Shown piece after piece: positions 58,250-64,000 of a stretch of 64,000 nucleotides of DNA. Every line of letters begins with the position of its first letter. Position 1 is the first letter of the stretch. Below the pieces are notes generated by a model. That model saw only the letters and a list, made by a program, of their open reading frames with translations. It made no database searches and had not been told where the DNA came from. The position numbers and the translations under genes are program-made. Source of the stretch: Candidatus Omnitrophota bacterium (GTDB taxonomy: Bacteria; Omnitrophota; Omnitrophia; Omnitrophales; JACROU01); NCBI GenBank assembly GCA_029261035.1, contig JAJDCD010000008.1:162313-226312 (forward strand). The letters are read 5' to 3'.

Positions 58250-58657
58250 CTAGACCTTCTTTGCCCTAGACGCATTATCAGGAGCATCTTTAAATCCAGA
58301 GCCTGGCGCATAGGCTACCTTTTTAAATCCATCACCATCCTTGTGGATAATGTCTTTCCAACCATTCTTCCATTCAACATAAGCTTTTGCATTTTTAAAT
58401 TCCCAGCTTCCTTCTTCTCCATTTTTCCAGTTACTAACTGCTGTGCCATCTTCCTTTAAGTTAATCAAGAAATTCTTTCCTTCAGAATCCGCAACTTCCC
58501 ACTGACCGACATACTGAACCCTCTCAACCTTCTTCTCTTTTGGATTTCCTTGCTGTTGTTGTAAAAAAATGGGATTAATAAAACCCTGAGCAAAGAGATT
58601 CGAACTTAGAAAGAATGTTATCAAGATAATTGAAGTTGAGATATTAAAAAGTTTCAT
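58250..58657 (-). CDS. Small secreted Trp/Lys-rich hypothetical protein
   Basis: 135 aa. Signal peptide, then repeated WK/WE motifs (GQWEVAD, SNWKNGEEGSWEFKNAKAYVEWKNGWKD). Confidence 0.35.
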   Translation of the reverse strand: MKLFNISTSIILITFFLSSNLFAQGFINPIFLQQQQGNPKEKKVERVQYVGQWEVADSEGKNFLINLKEDGTAVSNWKNGEEGSWEFKNAKAYVEWKNGWKDIIHKDGDGFKKVAYAPGSGFKDAPDNASRAKKV

Positions 58658-58741
58658 TGTAAACTCCCCCGTTATTCAATTCGTTGAAACATTAAACAAC
58701 ATAAATAACAAACAGGCCTGCCTAGAAATTCTATTCAGATA

Positions 58742-60061
58742 TTAAATGTTTTTCAACAAAACATTCGCTTGAGCCCCTTCAATCTGACCCCTGAAAGATT
58801 CCATACATTCCGCTATCTTATTAAACTCCTTGGATTCATGAATCGGAATCATATTATTTCCAGAGTCCTCTAAAGCATCCAAAACCTTTTTAATAGTTAA
58901 CTCCTCAATAGGAGTTGCTGGCTGATAAGCATCTTCTTTTACAACAGATGATTTAACCTCAGAAAGAACACCGGCTTCAACTAAAGAGAATAAGACTTCG
59001 CGCACTAAACGAATAGGCAGTTCAAGCTCGTGTGAAATTTGATTCGCAGTAAGAGGAGCTTCCTCATTAGCAAACCTCTTTACACACAAATGAGTAACCC
59101 ACAGAGAAACAGATTTTCTAAATGAGTGACTAACACGTCCACAGTCGGGTTCAAACTCGTAAGTTTCTTCATTTTGAATAGCAAAAGAAATTTCAGCACC
59201 TAGCAAGACAACGAGCCAACTCACTTGAAGCCAAATTAAAAACAAAGGTAAAGCTGCAAAGCTACCATAAATAGCACCATACTTAGCTGCCCCAATTTGA
59301 AAATGGATATAGCCCCACTGTACTAATTGATAAATTGTTCCAGCAACCACACCAGCAATAAAACCTGATTTGATATCAACTTTTGAATTAGGCATAAACA
59401 CATAAATAAAAGTAAACAAAATCCATAAAACACAATAAGGAACCATTTTTAAAGCAGTAAAAATAAGAGGACTAAAAAACCCTAACAAAGATATTTTTTC
59501 TGTAATCACTGTAATTTGAGAAGTAATAAACACAGTAATACTACTAGACAATATAAACAAAATAGGACAAATTAACATAAAGGATAAATAATCACTAAAC
59601 TTACGAGCTAATGTTCGCGGCGTTTTAATCCCCCATATATCATTAAAAGCATGTTCAATATTCCCCAACATCTTTACTACAGCCCAAAAAAGAAAAGCAA
59701 CACCAATTCCAGCAACCAGACCACCACTGGTATTATCTAATAACGCTTTTGAAAAATCCATAATTCGAGTAAAAGCCTCTTCTTGTCCTTGCATATTTTC
59801 CATAACCTTGTCTTCAAGCATTTTCTCAAGGCCAAATCCTTTAGCAAATCCGAATGCCATCGCAAACAAAGGAACAATAGATAAAAGGGTAAAAAAAGTT
59901 AAAGAAGAAGCCCTTAGAAAACAGTTGTCTTCTTTAAAACCTTTTATAGAAAGAATGATCATTCGAAGATAACGAATTAAAATGGATTGTTTTCTTGACA
60001 ATGATTTAGAACGAATACGCCAAATATCTGTTGTCAGAAATTGAATTAATTTTGTAACCAC
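58742..60061 (-). CDS. YihY/BrkB-family inner-membrane protein with a C-terminal winged-helix-like extension
   Basis: 439 aa. ~6 TM YihY core (LSIKGFKEDNCFLRASSLTFFTLLSIVPLFA) plus a ~130-aa soluble tail (LTANQISHELELPIRLVREVLFSLVEAGVL). Confidence 0.7.
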   Translation of the reverse strand: MVTKLIQFLTTDIWRIRSKSLSRKQSILIRYLRMIILSIKGFKEDNCFLRASSLTFFTLLSIVPLFAMAFGFAKGFGLEKMLEDKVMENMQGQEEAFTRIMDFSKALLDNTSGGLVAGIGVAFLFWAVVKMLGNIEHAFNDIWGIKTPRTLARKFSDYLSFMLICPILFILSSSITVFITSQITVITEKISLLGFFSPLIFTALKMVPYCVLWILFTFIYVFMPNSKVDIKSGFIAGVVAGTIYQLVQWGYIHFQIGAAKYGAIYGSFAALPLFLIWLQVSWLVVLLGAEISFAIQNEETYEFEPDCGRVSHSFRKSVSLWVTHLCVKRFANEEAPLTANQISHELELPIRLVREVLFSLVEAGVLSEVKSSVVKEDAYQPATPIEELTIKKVLDALEDSGNNMIPIHESKEFNKIAECMESFRGQIEGAQANVLLKNI

Positions 60062-60139
60062 AAGTACCTACCTTTGTTTACAAACACATATAAAGTTAAC
60101 ATGACAATTTTAACACATCTCTCTAAAAATCAAGCTCCC

Positions 60140-60856
60140 TTAGAGGCTAAACTGCTCAAATAAATCAATCCTCTTCCCACTTTGAATTAAAGTAACGGAA
60201 AGGCCCTTAAATTCATTTTTAGCTTTTTCCAAATAACTTCGAAGACGAATAGTCTGACCCTCCATTCCGAAACGAAACACAGGATTCTGACCTAAATCAT
60301 GAAGAATAACTAACCCCGATTTCAAACCAGAACTATGGATACACTTTTTAATAAATAAATCGTATTTCTCAATCTCTTGATTGAATACTTGCACAGGTAT
60401 AGAAAAATCGATCTTCCCCCACTCTTCCTCTACGGTCTTCTTTAAAACCCCAACAATCCCACTATAACGAATCAAACACTCTTCTCCAACACCTATCTTT
60501 CGTGAATAGTTCACTATCAGTTGAGACCATTGATTCCAATCAAAATTTTGAAGTCCCGAACCCATTTCAAGAACAATAATCTCAAAGGTATAAAAACCTC
60601 TTAGCATTTGTGCTGTGGATTTCAAAGTTCTTTCTAATAAATCAGAAAAAGACTTCCACACAAAAGCTTCTTCCTTATGAATCACATTAAACACAGAAAT
60701 TGGATATGGAATGTTGTTTTTCTGAGCTTCAAAACAAAGCATCTTCGGTGATTTTATCCCTATATATTTAAGATGTTGTAATGATTTAAAATGAGAAAAC
60801 ACCCCCGATTCCTTAAAATTCTGCTCCAAAACTTCCATTACTCTACTCCATCCCAC
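60140..60856 (-). CDS. Hypothetical 238-aa soluble protein, translationally coupled to the upstream helicase
   Basis: Its start overlaps the helicase stop by 19 bp. No recognisable motif. Confidence 0.4.
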   Translation of the reverse strand: MGWSRVMEVLEQNFKESGVFSHFKSLQHLKYIGIKSPKMLCFEAQKNNIPYPISVFNVIHKEEAFVWKSFSDLLERTLKSTAQMLRGFYTFEIIVLEMGSGLQNFDWNQWSQLIVNYSRKIGVGEECLIRYSGIVGVLKKTVEEEWGKIDFSIPVQVFNQEIEKYDLFIKKCIHSSGLKSGLVILHDLGQNPVFRFGMEGQTIRLRSYLEKAKNEFKGLSVTLIQSGKRIDLFEQFSL

Positions 60857-62772
60857 GAACTTTTATAAGCTCCTATAGACTCTACATACTTCAACCATTT
60901 CTTATAAAAAGGTAAACTAGACAAAGTAGCGCTATCTCCAATCACAATAAGTTTTCTTTTAGCCCGAGTTAAGGCTACATTCATACGCCGTGTATCAACC
61001 AAAAAACCCAACTCCCCTTCTGTGTTCGAACGTACCAACGAAATAATCACAACTTCTTTTTCTCTTCCTTGAAAACCATCAATACTATTCACTTCTATCT
61101 TTCTATTATCTATTTGTCTAGCAATAAACTTAACTTGTGCTCGATAAGGACTTATAACACAAACATCCTCTGGGAGAACCCCCGCGTCTAATAACTTTTT
61201 TAATTCCTGAGTCACTAACTGTGCTTCCTCTGGATTATAGCGACTCTCACTCCCCTTTTTCCTTTGTTCTTCAAAGCCTCTTCCAGCTGTGTCTATAAAC
61301 AAAACAGGAGCATCATCTCCTTCATCCTTGAATTGAACTCCTTTTAAATCACTCAAAACATGACTCGCAACAGATTTATCCGCAATCAATTTATTTTCAT
61401 AAAATTCTTGAGATGAAAAGTTCATAATTTTTTCATTCATACGGTACTGAACACGCAAAGTGGTTTTGTGATCTTCGTCTAACTTCTCTATAAAGCGCTC
61501 GAATAAACTTACATTCAAACCGCCTTTTTTCGCTTCGTCTGAAAAAACCGTTGGATGTAATTGTTTATGATCTCCTGCAAGAACCATCTTGTCTGCAAAC
61601 AAAAAAGGCACCCAGCTAAAAGGCTCTATCCCCTGAGTTGCTTCATCAATAATTACATAATCAAAAATTTGACTCTTTAAGAAAGGATCTAAAGACGTAA
61701 GGTGCGTTCCTAAATAGACGGAACCCCCATGCATAAGCTGTTCTTTGACATTTTTCTTCAATTCCTTAATCTGATTTCGCATAAACTTCATTTCATCTCG
61801 GGTTTGATTCCACTCACCCTTTCCAATCCATGTTCGTTCCTGCCTACGAGAACGCTTCTTATCTTTCAAATGAATTTCAGACTCATATTGATCAATAATT
61901 TCTGAATACGGATGATTTGCCAGTTGATAGTCAAGAGTGTATTCATGTAAATGTCTCATGATACGAGCAGGGTGCCCCAAACGAATACAAGGCACTTTTT
62001 CACGAACCAGACGTTCTAATAATTGATCACATGCCGTATTACTCGGCGTCGTAACAAATACAGACTTACCCTCTTTTTGAACCTGTCGAATTATTTCAAC
62101 AAGGACTGTCGATTTGCCCGTTCCAGGAGGTCCATGAATCAAAGAGATATCTTTTGAGGCAAGAGTTTTCTGAACTGCTTCTTGTTGCCATTGATTTAAA
62201 TCTGAATTCAGAAAAGAGATGTCCTTTAGAGCTAAAGAGCTAACTGCATTGCTTTTCTTTACTCCAAAACTCAAATCACGATAAAAAGCTAAACGATCAT
62301 TTTCTGCTGTAGCAACATTTCCCAAAGTATCTAGAACTCTTCGATAGCTAGAGCGCCCACTCGCAATATTAAGATGAAACACGCCGCCCTCAACAAGCCA
62401 ATCAGGCAAACGCCGATTAAAAGCTAGAACGATTTCTTCTTTATTTTTTTCGTAAACAGTACCGGAGGGGACTCCAAACAAATCATCTGCACTTTCGGAA
62501 ACACTAACAATATCACCTACATCTAGAGAAAATAAAGGCAGGTCTTTACCTTGACTAGAGACAAAGCTAACAAGTTGATGGTCCGAAGGAGAAAAGTGAA
62601 ATTGAATAGCTCGCATATTAAAAAGAGCTTTTCCAGTCTCTTGTCTTTGCGCAGGAGAAAGCCTAAGGAAAAACTCCTGATAACGCTCACTCTCAGCCTT
62701 CTCTTCAATCTCAAGTAGCTTCTTCAAATTAGAAAAATGCTTATCAATAGCTTTGCTCATTATAGTTTCCAT
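60838..62772 (-). CDS. Upf1-family superfamily-1B helicase, IGHMBP2/Smubp-2-like
   Basis: 644 aa. Walker A [23 protein letters not shown]; motif II [86 protein letters not shown]. The ~190-aa N-terminal domain parallels the human IGHMBP2 N-terminus (GDIVSV...[32 protein letters not shown] vs [26 protein letters not shown]). Confidence 0.8.
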   Translation of the reverse strand: [644 protein letters not shown]

Positions 62773-62842
62773 TATCTACGAAAAGCGTGTTCCTAATTTA
62801 AAAGAAAAAAGGTCTTTACCAAATAGTATAACCCTACACTCT

Positions 62843-64000
62843 TTAAGATTTTAATTCCTGAGAAACTTCCTCAATAGCTTTCTTAGCATCGCTATAAAAA
62901 AGATAAGTCTTATCATCCTCAAATAATGGATTCTTAATCCCAGCAAATCCAGGACTTAAACTTCTTTTGATTACAACAACACTCTTAGCCTTATCCACAT
63001 TCAAAATAGGCATTCCGTAAATAGGACTACCCTTCTCATTTCGAGCAACTGGATTAGTCACATCATTAGCCCCAATAACTAGAGCTACATCAGCTTGATC
63101 AAATTCAGAATTAATCTGATCCATTTCGTATAATTTATCATAAGGAACATCCGCTTCTGCAAGCAACACATTCATATGTCCCGGCATTCTTCCCGCAACA
63201 GGATGAATCGCATACTTCACAACAACCCCTTTATCTTCTAATATTTTTTCTAATTCACGAACAGCATGCTGAGCACGCGCCACAGCCATCCCATACCCAG
63301 GAACAATCACAACCAGCTGAGCTCCATCCATCATCATCGCTACTTCTTCTGCCCCACAACTCTTTACCTGAGTGTACTCTTGATCTTTCTTTTCCGCAGA
63401 TGGATCAACCTTACCAAAAGTTCCAAAGGCTACATTCGTCAATGAGCGATTCATGGCTTTACACATAATCTGAGTTAAGATAAGTCCAGCAGCTCCAACT
63501 AAGGACCCTGCTACAATAAGAACATTATTCATTAACACAAATCCTGTCATGGCAGCAGCAACTCCTGAATAAGAATTTAAAAGAGAAATCACAACAGGCA
63601 TGTCCGCCCCACCAATCGGCAGCACAAGTAAAATACCCAATAAAGCAGAAAGCCCTGCAACAACCCAATAAAGATTCAAATTCGTTGGAGATATAGAAAT
63701 CCAAACACTTAAAACAACAATCGCTATAAAAATAAGTAGATTAAGAGTTTTCTGAAGAACATAAGTAATGGGTTGTTGCTTAACAAGGCTTTGTAATTTA
63801 CCAAAAGCAATTAGACTTCCTGTAAACGTGAGTATTCCAATGAAAGTACTAATCACAACCGAAACTAATACAAAGGTTCCTGTAGATGGCCAAGTTCTCA
63901 AAAGCTCTGAACAAGCAACTAAAGAAGAAGCTAATCCGCCAAAACCATTAAATAGAGCAACCAACTGAGGCATTGCAGTCATTTGAACCAAACTAGCAAA
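62843..64000 (-). CDS. pntB: NAD(P) transhydrogenase beta subunit; the N-terminus lies beyond the window end
   Basis: TM region (PQLVALFNGFGGLAS...) followed by the C-terminal NADP(H)-binding domain (GYGMAVARAQH, IGANDVTNP). Confidence 0.8.
   Translation of the reverse strand, partial: FASLVQMTAMPQLVALFNGFGGLASSLVACSELLRTWPSTGTFVLVSVVISTFIGILTFTGSLIAFGKLQSLVKQQPITYVLQKTLNLLIFIAIVVLSVWISISPTNLNLYWVVAGLSALLGILLVLPIGGADMPVVISLLNSYSGVAAAMTGFVLMNNVLIVAGSLVGAAGLILTQIMCKAMNRSLTNVAFGTFGKVDPSAEKKDQEYTQVKSCGAEEVAMMMDGAQLVVIVPGYGMAVARAQHAVRELEKILEDKGVVVKYAIHPVAGRMPGHMNVLLAEADVPYDKLYEMDQINSEFDQADVALVIGANDVTNPVARNEKGSPIYGMPILNVDKAKSVVVIKRSLSPGFAGIKNPLFEDDKTYLFYSDAKKAIEEVSQELKS

Noticed and set aside
1-64000. 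Search for CRISPR arrays, integrases, transposases and phage genes, especially beside the three tRNAs.
   Set aside because: No direct-repeat arrays and no recombinase-like ORFs were found. The tRNA neighbourhoods hold housekeeping genes or the giant kinase gene.

Overview
This window reads as a low-GC (~35%) chromosomal segment from a Gram-negative bacterium, with nearly all genes on the minus strand and tightly packed (many 4-20 bp overlaps). The core genes are lnt (partial), secA, prfB (with the programmed +1 frameshift), uvrC, murJ, rpsT (the only clear plus-strand gene), holA, an LptE-like lipoprotein, comEC, leuS, tRNA-Leu(CAA), tRNA-Ala(GGC), a class-III aminotransferase, an aldehyde dehydrogenase, surE, a YdjC-family gene, acpS, greA, a bactofilin, a cysteine desulfurase, cutA, uvrA, an aspartate dehydrogenase-like gene with panD and panC, folK, a DapL-like aminotransferase, tRNA-Arg(TCT), a YihY-family gene and pntB (partial). 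Several accessory features stand out. (1) A contiguous 11-12 gene carotenoid cluster (crtI, crtB, crtE, crtZ, crtD-like, acyltransferase, GT2, CrtA-like, CruF-like, split lycopene cyclase) predicts a monocyclic hydroxylated carotenoid glycoside fatty-acid ester, interrupted by a strongly palindromic intergenic element. (2) A 2858-aa membrane protein carries an N-terminal TraB/GumN-like domain and two complete, internally duplicated Ser/Thr-kinase/TM/helical modules; its predicted topology places one kinase outside the cytoplasm. (3) A eukaryote-like IGHMBP2/Upf1-family SF1 helicase is translationally coupled to an unknown 238-aa protein. (4) A BamD-like TPR domain is fused to an ~800-aa coiled coil, and an ExeA/GspB-like pair sits next to a cytoplasmic GH35 beta-galactosidase. 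No CRISPR array, integrase or transposase was seen. Everything here comes from reading the sequence and ORF translations by eye; no database search was run.
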